64,000 bases of DNA from Bryobacterales bacterium (GTDB lineage: Bacteria > Acidobacteriota > Terriglobia > Bryobacterales > Bryobacteraceae): positions 328,938-392,937 of the forward strand of contig CAWBWU010000011.1 in NCBI GenBank assembly GCA_963792655.1. Direction: 5' to 3'. Below the pieces are notes generated by a model. It saw only the letters and a program-made list of their open reading frames with translations, did not search any database and had not been told where the DNA came from. Positions 20,269-30,137 of this stretch are shown here, one piece after another; the first letter of the stretch is position 1; each line of letters opens with the position of its first letter. A program made the translations under genes and the position numbers.

Positions 20269-21460
20269 TCGGGATCACCGGGTTCCAACTGGGCCGCAGC
20301 GGATCCCGGTCATATGGATAACCGCCCAGCTCGCGGTATAGCTCGGCATACTGCGCGAGCTTTTCGCGATCGAGCCTTACACCCAGGCCGGGCGTGTTCG
20401 GTACCGCGATCGCGCCGTTGCGGTAAGGCAGCAGCCCGCCTTCGATCACGTCATCGGTCAGGTGATGATAATGCGCGTCGGCGGAATACGAAAGGTTCGG
20501 AATCACCGCACCCAGATGCAGCATGGACGCGAGTTGAATGCCAAGTTCGCCGGATGAGTGCACTGCAACGCCGAGTTGGAACGTCTCGCAAATGCCCGCA
20601 GCCTTGACGCACGCGCGAATGCCGCCCCAGAAAGTTGTGTCCAGGAGAATTACATCGACCGCTGTGTCGAGCACATTTGCCGCAAGCTGCTCAAAGTTGA
20701 CGACCACCGTATTGGTAGAAAGCGGCACGCGCGTCATCTGCCGGGTGCGGCGCATGCCATTCAATCCGAACACCGGATCTTCCAGATAGTCGATGCGCAG
20801 ATCTTCAATGCCGTGCGAAAAACGGATCGCTTGTTCGGTAGACCAGAGCCCGTTGGGGTCAAAGCGCGCGGAGTCGCCCGGAAAGGCTTCACACAACGCG
20901 CGAAACGCCTTCAGTTCATAATCCGGATGGAAGACGCCGCCCTTCAACTTGTGCGATGTGAAGCCGTACTGTTGCTTGTAGTGTTGCGCCGTCGCGACCA
21001 ACTGCTCCGCCGTGCGCACTTCGCCCTTCCTGCTCACGGGGTCGGCATAACGAAAGAAGTTGTACGAGGCGAACGGCACTTCATCGCGCAGCTTGCCGCC
21101 TAAAATCGCATGCACCGGAACTCCCCAGGCTTGCCCGAGAATATCCAGGCAGGCGAACTCCAGCGCAGCCAGCAATTGCGTGCGGTTGTTGTAGAGCGAC
21201 GCGGTCGGGTTCGCAATCCGGAAGCGCATCTCTTCGAGCAGCGCCGGATCATGACCAACGAGATAGGTCTTCAGCGCCCGGATGGCATTCTCAGCAGACT
21301 CGCCTCCGCCGCCCATCTCGCCGAGCCCGATCAGTCCATCTGCAGTTTCAACTTCAACGATGGTGCGGACGAAGCGCCCCCAGTGACAACCGTTGCCGTG
21401 CCGTAGCGGCGCATGCAAGGGCACAGTGACAGTGGTGGCGCGGATATCGGCAATCTGCAT
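20213..21460 (-). CDS. Enolase-superfamily sugar-acid dehydratase (glucarate dehydratase-like)
   Basis: N-terminal capping domain with [10 protein letters not shown], mandelate racemase/muconate lactonizing barrel. Its neighbours are a sugar-acid transporter gene and an isomerase-like gene. Confidence 0.75.
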   Translation of the reverse strand: MQIADIRATTVTVPLHAPLRHGNGCHWGRFVRTIVEVETADGLIGLGEMGGGGESAENAIRALKTYLVGHDPALLEEMRFRIANPTASLYNNRTQLLAALEFACLDILGQAWGVPVHAILGGKLRDEVPFASYNFFRYADPVSRKGEVRTAEQLVATAQHYKQQYGFTSHKLKGGVFHPDYELKAFRALCEAFPGDSARFDPNGLWSTEQAIRFSHGIEDLRIDYLEDPVFGLNGMRRTRQMTRVPLSTNTVVVNFEQLAANVLDTAVDVILLDTTFWGGIRACVKAAGICETFQLGVAVHSSGELGIQLASMLHLGAVIPNLSYSADAHYHHLTDDVIEGGLLPYRNGAIAVPNTPGLGVRLDREKLAQYAELYRELGGYPYDRDPLRPSWNPVIPNDRWADPNDGRIPDLRPI

Positions 21461-21516
21461 TCAGGTCGATGCCACCATATCACTGGGCCCGCGCGCCGGG
21501 CAATGAGGAGATTGAA

Positions 21517-22207
21517 CTAGGACGCGATGCGTCCGTCACGCATGTGCACTGTACGGTGGCCATGCGCGGCCGCATCCGGGTTGTGCGTGATCATCAGAAT
21601 CGTTTGCTGCAGCCGTTCGTTCAAGTCGCGCAGGATACTGAGCACCGTATCGGAGTTCGCGCTATCCAGGTTGCCGGTGGGTTCATCGGCCAACAGAATT
21701 GCAGGGCGATTCACGATCGCACGCGCGATTGCCACCCGCTGCTGCTCGCCGCCCGATAACTCTGCGGGCTTATGCTTCAAACGGCCCGCAATGCCGAGCA
21801 CCTCGAGCGCGCGCAGGAACTCGTCAGAATATTCGGAACGGTTGCCGCCCAGATACTTAGCAAGCTTGATGTTGTCCTCTGCCGTGAGATTGGGCAGCAG
21901 ATTGAACTTCTGAAACACGAAGCTGACCGTGCGCTGCCGCAGATAGGTGCGCCCACTGTCATCCAGAGCTGCTGAGATCCTGGCCACCGACAGAGACCGA
22001 TCCGCCGCTGGGAGGCGTGAGCCCGCCGACGATGTGAAACAGTGTCGACTTGCCCGAGCCCGAGGGACCGACGATCGATACAAATTCGCCGCGCTGCACA
22101 TCCAGATCGACACCGCGCAAAGCTTCCACATCGACCTTGCCGACGCGATAAATCTTGCGCAGCCCGCGTACGGCAATGATCGGCGCTTCGGTCGCCGGGC
22201 TACTCAT
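21517..22207 (-). pseudogene. ABC transporter ATP-binding protein (LolD/MacB type); one frame break in this sequence
   Basis: Walker [10 protein letters not shown] in ORF 21959..22222; LSGGEQQRVAIARA and LLADEPTGNLD in ORF 21517..22176. Junction QDLSS|[11 protein letters not shown] is restored by removing one base near 21967. Confidence 0.85.
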
Positions 22208-23294
22208 ACGCGAGAGCCTCAATCGGATCCTGCCGAACCGCGATCATGCCAGGATAAAGCGCACCCAGCAGAGCAGCACCCATCACGATTGCACCGGCGA
22301 TGGGCCACCAGACCGGAACGATTGCTTGCGGCAGCGATGCCGGCACCAGTTTCATCAGCAACGCGCGCGTGGCAAAGCTCAGCAGCACGCCCAGTATGGT
22401 CCCGCCCAAACCGAGCAGGAACGCTTCGGCCAGGATGATCTTCAGCACGAAGGCTTTCGAACCGCCGAGTGATTTGAGAATTCCGATCTCACGCGTGCGC
22501 TGCAGAACCGCCATGTACATCGAGAGCGACACCACGGCGAAACCGATGATCACACCCACGCCGATGATCACGTTGATGAACGCCTTCAAGAACGGCACCT
22601 TGTCGACGGACGTGAGCGAGAGCAGCTCGTCCAGCGGATAGATGTGATAACCGGGCAGCAGCCGTTCGAGCTCATCCATCACTGCCTGCGTGTTCTTGGG
22701 ATCGTCGAGTTTGAGATAGATCTGGCTGAGCTTGCCCGTACTGCTCGCCAGATCCTGCACTACTGGCAGCGGCAAAAAAAGATGAGCAAGCTTGCCGGGC
22801 TCTACGATGCCGGCGACCTTCCAATCGCGATTCAGCACCTTCACGTGATCGCCCACCTTCGCATGCGCCTGACGCGCATAAAACGTGTCGAGTACGATGT
22901 CGCCCGGTTGCTGAAACGCGTGGCCTTGCACATACGTGAAACCGCCGCTCATGCGATTGAAGGCCGGATAATCGATGCCGGTCAGAGCCGTCCAGCCTGA
23001 CACCGATTGGCTGGCCACACCTGTGGCCATCGCGATGTGCGGTACCTGCGCGAGCCGCGGAACCAATTTCTCCGGGATGGTGTTCGCTGTGAAGCTCATC
23101 GCCGCGGCGTCAGGAGCGCGCACGAAAATGTCGGCGCCGATACCCCGCGCGCGGCTGGTCGAATCCTGCACAAAGCCCTGGCTTAATCCGACCAGCGTCA
23201 GTATCAATGTCACCGGCACGGCAATCAGCAGCGTACTGAGCGCAGTGCGCATGGGACGGTGCTTTACATTTTCCAGAACGAGTTGTGCAATCAC
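22200..23294 (-). CDS. ABC transporter permease, FtsX/MacB-like
   Basis: N-terminal TM segment, MacB-type periplasmic domain, C-terminal FtsX domain ([24 protein letters not shown]). Confidence 0.85.
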   Translation of the reverse strand: MIAQLVLENVKHRPMRTALSTLLIAVPVTLILTLVGLSQGFVQDSTSRARGIGADIFVRAPDAAAMSFTANTIPEKLVPRLAQVPHIAMATGVASQSVSGWTALTGIDYPAFNRMSGGFTYVQGHAFQQPGDIVLDTFYARQAHAKVGDHVKVLNRDWKVAGIVEPGKLAHLFLPLPVVQDLASSTGKLSQIYLKLDDPKNTQAVMDELERLLPGYHIYPLDELLSLTSVDKVPFLKAFINVIIGVGVIIGFAVVSLSMYMAVLQRTREIGILKSLGGSKAFVLKIILAEAFLLGLGGTILGVLLSFATRALLMKLVPASLPQAIVPVWWPIAGAIVMGAALLGALYPGMIAVRQDPIEALAYE

Positions 23295-24190
23295 GGACGA
23301 GCGACCGCCGATTTGGACGCGCCCGCTGGATGGCCGATGACTTCCAACTGCGAACCTTCGGGCTGAGTCAAGACAAACTTGTCGTCGCCGATGGTCTTGT
23401 TTGCGTCGAGGTGCGTGACCGCCATCACCACACCATAGCCATCCACGGGGCGATTGATGTCGATGCCCGATGGAAAAGCGACGCCGCCGTAAACCTTCCA
23501 GTCGTGATAGCGCGTGTCGCTGATCGTGATGCCAGTTTCAGAGAACGACTTCTGGCGCAGGATGCGCAGCGTCTGCCGGTCAAACCAGACGTTCCGCCGC
23601 AACATCAGATTGCCTTTGTCGTCTTTGCTGAGGAAGTGAAGAATGTAGAGCGCCTCGTCTTCGTCGGTTGCATCTTCGAGCACCGTTGTTTCATTCGGAC
23701 CTGCAGGCGGGATCAACATGGCATCGAGGAACGCTTCGGGCCGCAGGTTTTCAAGCGAGTTGTGGCTTGTCGCCGGCGCGGTGTTTTCCCCTTCGACGAA
23801 ACGATTCTTACTCGGGATCGAGATGCGGAATTCGTTGCCCATCGACACCATATCGAATGCTTTGGTCCGTACCACCGGGAACAGCCCGATAATGCGAATG
23901 TCGGAAGGCCTGCGGAACAGCACATACGCGCGCACATCTTTGTATTCCGTGATCTCGCCCTTGTAGACACTGCCGATGGCCGGCGTCATATCCACCGTCG
24001 CGGAGAAGGACTGAACGTTATCGTTCAGCCGCCGGAGCCGGTCGCTCAGGTTCTCTTTGGTCGCGATCATCAGCGCTTTGTTTGGAGCCGCGCCGTTCCG
24101 CGTGATCACCCTGCGCCGCACCACACAAGCCTGCAGCAGCAGGATGCAGAACGACAGCGCAAGCCAAAGCTTGAGGCGATCAGAGGACAC
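23291..24190 (-). CDS. Lipoprotein, LolA-fold / outer-membrane lipoprotein-sorting-like
   Basis: Lipobox LLLQAC. 4-nt overlap with the permease gene. Family call is from operon context and general resemblance only. Confidence 0.5.
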   Translation of the reverse strand: MSSDRLKLWLALSFCILLLQACVVRRRVITRNGAAPNKALMIATKENLSDRLRRLNDNVQSFSATVDMTPAIGSVYKGEITEYKDVRAYVLFRRPSDIRIIGLFPVVRTKAFDMVSMGNEFRISIPSKNRFVEGENTAPATSHNSLENLRPEAFLDAMLIPPAGPNETTVLEDATDEDEALYILHFLSKDDKGNLMLRRNVWFDRQTLRILRQKSFSETGITISDTRYHDWKVYGGVAFPSGIDINRPVDGYGVVMAVTHLDANKTIGDDKFVLTQPEGSQLEVIGHPAGASKSAVARP

Positions 24191-24234
24191 TCTTCCATTC
24201 TAGGGTGATACAATCACGAATGTCAGCTTCACGT

Positions 24235-24310
24235 GGGCCTGTGGCGCAGTTGGGAGCGCGCTTCCATGGCATGGAAGAGGTCAAGGGTTCGAATCCCTTC
24301 AGGTCCACCA
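24235..24310 (+). tRNA. tRNA-Ala (anticodon GGC), CCA encoded
   Basis: 76-nt cloverleaf GGGCCTG...CAGGTCCACCA. Anticodon stem CTTCC/GGAAG with loop AT-GGC-AT. G3:U70 Ala identity pair. T-arm GGTTCGAATCC. Confidence 0.9.
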
Positions 24311-24400
24311 ATCCTAAAAACTACGACTCCTTAGCACTGCGCGAAGAATTCTCCTCGTGCGCTGAAAATCAGCGGGCGCGCGAAGATAGGAATAGAGACT

Positions 24401-25639
24401 ATGAGACTCGCAACAGCGGCGCTGCTGTTCATATTCGCTACTGCGACGGCAGCGGCTCAAATCAACGCTGGCGAACAGAAGCCCGAAGATAGCCTTCCGT
24501 TCACCATGACCACCGTCGCCACGTTTAAGTTGCCGTGGCGGTTGGCGTTCCTGCCCGATGGGCGCATGCTGATTACCGAGAAGAGCGGTCCCGTCTGGTT
24601 GGTTTCTCAAACCGGCGAGAAGATCCAGATCGGGAACACTCCGAAGGTCTACTTCCAGGGCCAGGACGGCATGCTCGGAGTTTTCCTTTCGCCTCATTAC
24701 GCGAGCGATCACAGCATCTATCTGACTTATGTAGAGCCGGGCGATTACGGCGGAGGCTTTGCACTCGCACGCGCGAAACTCAACATCGAAGGCAGTTCGG
24801 CGACCCTGGAAAACTTGCAGGTGCTTTGGCATCAGGTACCCACAGGAAAAGGTGGACAAGCCGGCGGGCCGATCGCGTTCTCGGCAGACGGCAAGTATCT
24901 GTTCCTCGCGGTTGGCGATCGTCAACGGTTCACGCCGGCACAAGATCCGAATCAGCCGGTAGGCAAAATCCTGCGCCTGACGCTCGACGGCAAACCGGCG
25001 CCCGGCAATCCGAATTTCGGCAAAACCGGGGCGGCCACCATTCCGCTGATCGATCCGCCGTCTGACACCGAAGCCGCGAAGACCGCGCAGGTAGTCAGCA
25101 CGTATACTTTCACCGGCCCCAACCGGACGCCTGCCGAAACGTGGGCCAGCGGTGTTCGCACTCCTTATGGAATGGCCTTTTCGCCAACCGGGGAATTGTG
25201 GGAAGTCGAGCATGGCCCGGCCGGCGGCGACGAATTGAATCTGATCCAGCGCGGCAAGAACTATGGCTGGCCGCTCGTCTCCTACGGGAAGAACTACAAC
25301 GGCGTTCCCATTCCCAGCCCTGACACACGCCCCGATCTGACGAAGCCGGTGATTTATTGGGTGCCGGTCATCGCGCCGGGGAATTTGATGTTTTACCGCG
25401 GCAATAAGATGTTTCCTCAGTGGAATGGCAGCGGCTTCATCGCGGGACTGGGCACCCAGAGCTTGAATCGCATCATCTTCGATGGCCACGGCGGCGCCAA
25501 GCCTGCCGAGCGCTGGAAGATCGGAAAACGTATGCGTGATGTCGAAGAAGCTCCCGACGGCTCGCTCTGGATGCTGGTGGATGCGAATTCCGGAGCGCTC
25601 ATCCACGTCACGCCCAACGCGGCGCAGAAGACCAACTAA
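24401..25639 (+). CDS. Periplasmic PQQ-dependent sugar dehydrogenase (soluble aldose/sorbosone dehydrogenase family)
   Basis: Signal peptide MRLATAALLFIFATATAAAQ. Beta-propeller motifs (LPDGRMLITEKSGPVWLV, YLFLAVGDRQ, NYGWP). Confidence 0.85.
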   Translation: MRLATAALLFIFATATAAAQINAGEQKPEDSLPFTMTTVATFKLPWRLAFLPDGRMLITEKSGPVWLVSQTGEKIQIGNTPKVYFQGQDGMLGVFLSPHYASDHSIYLTYVEPGDYGGGFALARAKLNIEGSSATLENLQVLWHQVPTGKGGQAGGPIAFSADGKYLFLAVGDRQRFTPAQDPNQPVGKILRLTLDGKPAPGNPNFGKTGAATIPLIDPPSDTEAAKTAQVVSTYTFTGPNRTPAETWASGVRTPYGMAFSPTGELWEVEHGPAGGDELNLIQRGKNYGWPLVSYGKNYNGVPIPSPDTRPDLTKPVIYWVPVIAPGNLMFYRGNKMFPQWNGSGFIAGLGTQSLNRIIFDGHGGAKPAERWKIGKRMRDVEEAPDGSLWMLVDANSGALIHVTPNAAQKTN

Positions 25640-26187
25640 GGTGCAGGAATTTTTGTCGGCTTGAGCTGAATCAGCTTCGCGTCATATCCAGCAAACTCCT
25701 GCTGAATCGAGTTCCCGAGATATCCGATCTCCTGGTGAATTCCAATGTTGGAGCTGTAATAGGCGTGCGCGACTTTGTGCTTCAGGTCGACGAAGAAAAT
25801 CTCTTCGGGCTTCTTCGGTTCTGCTTCGTTCTGAGACATGCGCGTCAGCACGTCGAGCTTTTGCTCAGCGGTGCTGGCTAAAAACGGCTTGCCTGACATC
25901 TCTTTCGATATGGTGTTCACCAGCTCCAGCCCGTTGCGCCATGTGAGCCGTGGCGTATCGTCGAACGCTTCGGCGAAGGTCTTGTCGAGATAAGCCGCAA
26001 CTTCCGCGGCGTGTGCGCCTGGCGAGTGTTCGTCCGCCGGGATGATCATCTCTGCTAACTCATCGATCATCCGAAATTCGTCGGCAGTGAAGAACTTCGA
26101 CGTTGTCACTTGCGAAAGCGCCGGGACAGCCGCCAGAGCGCCCGCCGTCAGCTTGAGGATGTCGCGCCGCGATTGATCTCCGCTCAC
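25636..26187 (-). CDS. Tat-signal small subunit, gluconate 2-dehydrogenase subunit 3 family
   Basis: Twin-arginine leader SRRDILKLTAGALAAVPA. Lies directly downstream of the GMC gene. Confidence 0.8.
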   Translation of the reverse strand: MSGDQSRRDILKLTAGALAAVPALSQVTTSKFFTADEFRMIDELAEMIIPADEHSPGAHAAEVAAYLDKTFAEAFDDTPRLTWRNGLELVNTISKEMSGKPFLASTAEQKLDVLTRMSQNEAEPKKPEEIFFVDLKHKVAHAYYSSNIGIHQEIGYLGNSIQQEFAGYDAKLIQLKPTKIPAP

Positions 26188-26188
26188 G

Positions 26189-27958
26189 CTACACGTTTCC
26201 TTTCTTCATCTGATCGGCCAGGTGATCGCACGAGCGCCAGCACAGCGCCATGATGGTCCACGTCGGGTTCTGGCACGACGCGCTGACGTGGCTGCTGCCA
26301 TCCACGACCAACAGGTTCTTCACATCGTGCGATTGCTGAAACTGATTCAGCACCGAAGTCTTCGGATCGTTGCCCATGCGTGCCGTGCCGAGTTCATGGA
26401 TCGACCAGCCTTCCGTCAGACACTTCGCGGTTCACGTCTAGCACTTCGATCTTTGCGGCTTCGAACATCTCTTTCGCGCTGACGCCCATGTCCGCCGCCA
26501 TCTTGCGCTCGTTCTCGCCGAACGTGTATTGGAAGCGCAGCACCGGGACGCCCCACTTGTCCTTCACTTGTGGATCGATGCTCACGGCGTTCTCGTAACG
26601 CGGAAGCACTTCACCGAACGCGCCCATCTCGATGTATGCGCCGGCGTAATCGCGCACAGCCTTCTTGTACGATTTGCCAAAGCCCAACTGCGTAAAGGCG
26701 CTGCCGGGAATCATCGACGTTCCGCTGCTGCCTTCGAAACCATAGCCGCGCAGAAAATTGGGCTCCTTACTCGCCAGGTTTCGAAAACGTGGCACATAGA
26801 AATGACCGGGCTTGCCATCGTCCAGCGTGCGCGGCTTGCCGACCAGATCTTTCACCAGCCCGGTGATTCCCGGGCCCATCAGATGCTCGCAGAAGTTATG
26901 ACCTACATGATTGCTGGAGTTGCCGATGCCATTGGGATACAGCGTTGACTTCGAAAGCATCATCAGCCGCGCGCTCTCGAGCGTTGAAGCGCCGAGGATC
27001 ACAGCACGCGCTCGCGCTTCATACGTCTGGCCCGACTCAGCATCGATAAAGTTCACGCCGCGCGCCTTACCGCTGACCGGATCCACCGTCACTTCATACA
27101 CGATCGAGTTCGGACGCAGCGTCAGATTGCCCGTATCCATCGCCGGTTGGATCAAACCTGTTGGCGAATCGAAAGCCGCGTGGATGTCGCAGCCCCCCGC
27201 GCGCCGGTTGCATGCGCCGCGGCCATAGCAACGGCTGCGGTACTTGTTGTGCTTCAATCCGTCGGTCGTAACGCCGGCGCGATAGGGCGTGAGCACGCGG
27301 CCCATTTGGCCCAGGCCGCCGCGCAGTTTCATCTCGGCCGCAGTGAGTTTGATCGGCGCGTTGAAACAAGCTGTCCGGAAGATAGGGCAGATGCTCTTTC
27401 TGCCCGGAGATGCCGAGATACAAGATCGACTTTGTCGTAGTAGGGCTCGATGTCCGCGTAGGAGATCGGCCAGTCCTCGCCGTACCCGTCGCGCGACTTC
27501 GCTTTGAAGTCATAGTCCGAAAGGCGCAACGCGAGCCGCCCCCAGATATTTGTCTTCCCGCCAACGCAGCGCGCGCGAACCCACGCGTACTTGGTGCCGG
27601 TGTAAGGATGGTCCTTCTCCTCCACAACGATGTTCTTGCTGTAATCGGAGCCGCCCCAGCCCTGGACGTAATTTTTTACGTGTGGATACTTGGAGTCCGC
27701 GGCATACGGCGGATTGCGCACGTTGTATTCGTTTTGTGAAAGCGCGTGATAGCCGGGCGGCATGTCTCCGCGGCGCGGATGATCGTACGGCCACTCCATC
27801 GACTTCAGCTCTTTGTTGATGTTGAGCTTCTTGCCGGCCTCAAGCAGCAGTACCTTCATGCCGTGCGAAGTCAACACGTGCGCCGCCATGCCGCCAGCCG
27901 CACCCGAACCAACCACGATGGCGTCGTAAACGGTTTTGAGATCGACCTCGGTCTGCAT
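26189..27958 (-). pseudogene. GMC-family FAD oxidoreductase (large subunit); three frame breaks in this sequence
   Basis: FAD fold YDAIVVGSGAAGG (start MQTEVDL at 27958). Pieces are 27329..28063, 27094..27627, 26394..27332 and 26189..26377. Junctions: YYDKVDL|YLGISGQ (~27424), DSLF|NAPIKLTAAEMK (~27363), SDG|[16 protein letters not shown] (~26411). Confidence 0.85.
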
Positions 27959-28012
27959 GATGAGCCTTTGCTTTGAGGCTACTATACAGGCAGCGAAAGC
28001 TTGAGAGCATCG

Positions 28013-28897
28013 ATGAACAGACGACGATTTTTGATGAGCGCTGGCGCGGCATGCGTGGCGCAAACGGCATTGGCGAAAGAGCCCGCGATCGCATTCCCGA
28101 CCGACCCACGTTCGCGCATCTCAGTAGCTTCGTACCCGTTTCGCGAAGAGATCAAGCAGAGTCTTCCGTTGACCGCCTTCCCGGCAATGGTTGCCTCGCG
28201 GTTTCGCGTAAACCGCATCGAGCCATTAAGCGATCACTTCCCCACTACGGATGCCCTGTATCTCAATCAATTCAACACTGCCTTGCGCAAGGCGGCGGTG
28301 AAAGTGGTGAACATCCCGGTGAGTATGAAGAGCAGTCTCTACGACCCCGACGAAGCGAAGCGCCAAGCCGCCATTGCTGAGGCGCGGCGCTGGGTGGATA
28401 TTGCGGTTGCCATCGGCTCTCCGAGCGTGCGCATCCACATCAAACCAGTGAAGAACGTCAAGCCCGACATCGCGCGCACCGTTGCCAGCCTGAAAAAAGT
28501 TGCCGCGTATGGGCGCGAGCGCGACATCGTGATCAATCTGGAGAACGACGATCCGGCAAGTGAGGACGCGGCGTTCATCGTGCCGGTTCTGAAACAGGCC
28601 GGCGACTCCTACCTGCGCGCGCTGCCTGACTTCTGCAACTCGATGCTCACCGGCAACGAAACCCAGAACTATGAAGCGGTGCGAGCCATGTTTCAGCACG
28701 CATATAACATCGCGCACGTGAAAGACTCTGAAGCCGACAACGGCAAGGTGTACCGCATCGACATCGATCGCACGTTCGCCATCGCGAAACAAAGCGGCTA
28801 TCGCGGTTACTTTTCGATGGAATGGGAAGGCGAGGGTGAGCCCTATGCAGGAACACAGAAGCTCATCGACGCGACGTTAAAGAATCTCGCGGGGTAG
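28013..28897 (+). CDS. Tat-exported xylose-isomerase-like TIM-barrel protein ('sugar phosphate isomerase/epimerase' family)
   Basis: Twin-arginine leader MNRRRFLMSAGAACVAQTALA. TIM-barrel family features (VRIHIKP, INLENDD, FSMEWEG). Confidence 0.8.
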   Translation: MNRRRFLMSAGAACVAQTALAKEPAIAFPTDPRSRISVASYPFREEIKQSLPLTAFPAMVASRFRVNRIEPLSDHFPTTDALYLNQFNTALRKAAVKVVNIPVSMKSSLYDPDEAKRQAAIAEARRWVDIAVAIGSPSVRIHIKPVKNVKPDIARTVASLKKVAAYGRERDIVINLENDDPASEDAAFIVPVLKQAGDSYLRALPDFCNSMLTGNETQNYEAVRAMFQHAYNIAHVKDSEADNGKVYRIDIDRTFAIAKQSGYRGYFSMEWEGEGEPYAGTQKLIDATLKNLAG

Positions 28898-28918
28898 TGG
28901 CCGAGCACTGCTCGGCCA
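28898..28918 (+). terminator. Hairpin immediately after the stop codon (no U-tract)
   Basis: TGGCCGAGC-ACT-GCTCGGCCA, a perfect 9-bp stem starting 1 nt after the TAG at 28895-28897. Confidence 0.3.
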
Positions 28919-28954
28919 TGGTCAGAGGTGCCGCGATCACCGTATCATCGAACT

Positions 28955-29251
28955 ATGTCGAAGCTGCCTTTAGCGTTCGTGTGTTTTTTCTTGCTACTGT
29001 CGTGCGCTCAGAAAGCGCCCAAGAAGTCGCATGTGCTCGTCGGCAAGGTAGAGGCCGTCGACCCCAAAGAGAAAACGCTCACCGTCAATCACCAGAAGGT
29101 CGACAACTGGATGGACGCCATGACGATGGCGTACCCGGTGCACGATACCAACACTCTGACCACGGTGAAGCCGGGCGATCGCATCGAAGCGAAAGTCTAC
29201 GATGATGACTATTCGCTCTACGACGTCAAAGTCACGGGCAAAGCGAATTAG
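28955..29251 (+). CDS. CusF-like copper-binding lipoprotein
   Basis: Lipobox LLLSCAQ. Motif LTVNHQKVDNWMDAMTMAYPV (His, Trp and Met-x-Met ligand pattern of CusF). Confidence 0.6.
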   Translation: MSKLPLAFVCFFLLLSCAQKAPKKSHVLVGKVEAVDPKEKTLTVNHQKVDNWMDAMTMAYPVHDTNTLTTVKPGDRIEAKVYDDDYSLYDVKVTGKAN

Positions 29252-29252
29252 A

Positions 29253-29263
29253 TAGCTGTTTCT
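29253..29263. repeat. Left arm of an 11-bp perfect inverted repeat flanking a single-gene cassette
   Basis: TAGCTGTTTCT, 2 nt after the CusF-like stop codon. Its reverse complement is at 30138-30148. Confidence 0.7.
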
Positions 29264-29278
29264 GAAGATGACAGTACA

Positions 29279-30058
29279 GTGGGCCTGACGTGGAGATTGT
29301 TCGGTAGCACGACCAGTGCACTCGCGGCGTTCCTGTTCGGGTGCGTGCCAGGGTGCAGCCAATCAACAGCAAATCGGTCAATGACGAAGACTTCCGTCCC
29401 CTTCGTCGGGTGCCCCTCATTTGGCCAGGTTGAGGTTCTCGCAGCTCCAAAGGAAACCGATAAATCCATTGTTATCGGGGAACAGGATGCCATGGCGCTC
29501 GCCTATTACAAATCCGCGGACGGAATCACCGTCCTGGCACCAAGGGGCTGGTATTGCCAGGGAGTGTCGGGGTCGAGCGGCGCCGTTCTTTACCTCGGTC
29601 CCGGGCCTATCGTTCACAGCTCATCTGGCTGGGATGGCCTCAGCGGTGCTGCGATGGAGGTCAACCACTTGAGCGGCGCAGCTTCCGGGCGGTATGAGAT
29701 CGCAGAACTCGTTTCACGAGTCTTTCCGGCATATCGATCATTGGCCCGCCAAGTCTGGGATCTCGATTCTCCCCTTCCATCCGGCCCATATCCGAAAGAC
29801 ACCTTTACCTACCGCGGCAGAACGGTTGTTGAGTACAGAACTCCGGCGCAAACGGAAGGTGTGGGAAACTTCCACTCGTGGCTCGGGAAAAGCGACCTGC
29901 CGATAGCAGGCGCAGCGATTCTCCTTAGGGAACCGACGCAAGACGTGGGGACCATCCCCGATCTGCTGCTTCTCAGTGTTCGCTTTCCTGGAGACCTCTC
30001 GCGGCTTGCGCCCACGATCATTCGCTATTTCGAGGGCGAGGTCGCCCCTATCAGATGA
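29279..30058 (+). CDS. Hypothetical lipoprotein with atypical codon usage
   Basis: GTG start. Lipobox-like FLFGCVPGCSQ. At least 3 AGA, 2 AGG and 1 ATA codons in 259 codons, versus none in the adjacent CusF-like gene. Confidence 0.55.
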   Translation: MGLTWRLFGSTTSALAAFLFGCVPGCSQSTANRSMTKTSVPFVGCPSFGQVEVLAAPKETDKSIVIGEQDAMALAYYKSADGITVLAPRGWYCQGVSGSSGAVLYLGPGPIVHSSSGWDGLSGAAMEVNHLSGAASGRYEIAELVSRVFPAYRSLARQVWDLDSPLPSGPYPKDTFTYRGRTVVEYRTPAQTEGVGNFHSWLGKSDLPIAGAAILLREPTQDVGTIPDLLLLSVRFPGDLSRLAPTIIRYFEGEVAPIR

Positions 30059-30077
30059 AGGTCAGAAGCAGACTTGA

Positions 30078-30137
30078 CCGACTGTTTATACGTGCTCAGC
30101 AGTATGCCTTCGCGTCTCGGAACAGTCCGGTTCTTTT
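30078..30137 (+). terminator. Possible terminator of the cassette gene
   Basis: CCGACTGTT (30078-30086) pairs with AACAGTCCGG (30121-30130) with one bulge, followed by TTCTTTT. The loop is long (34 nt). Confidence 0.3.
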
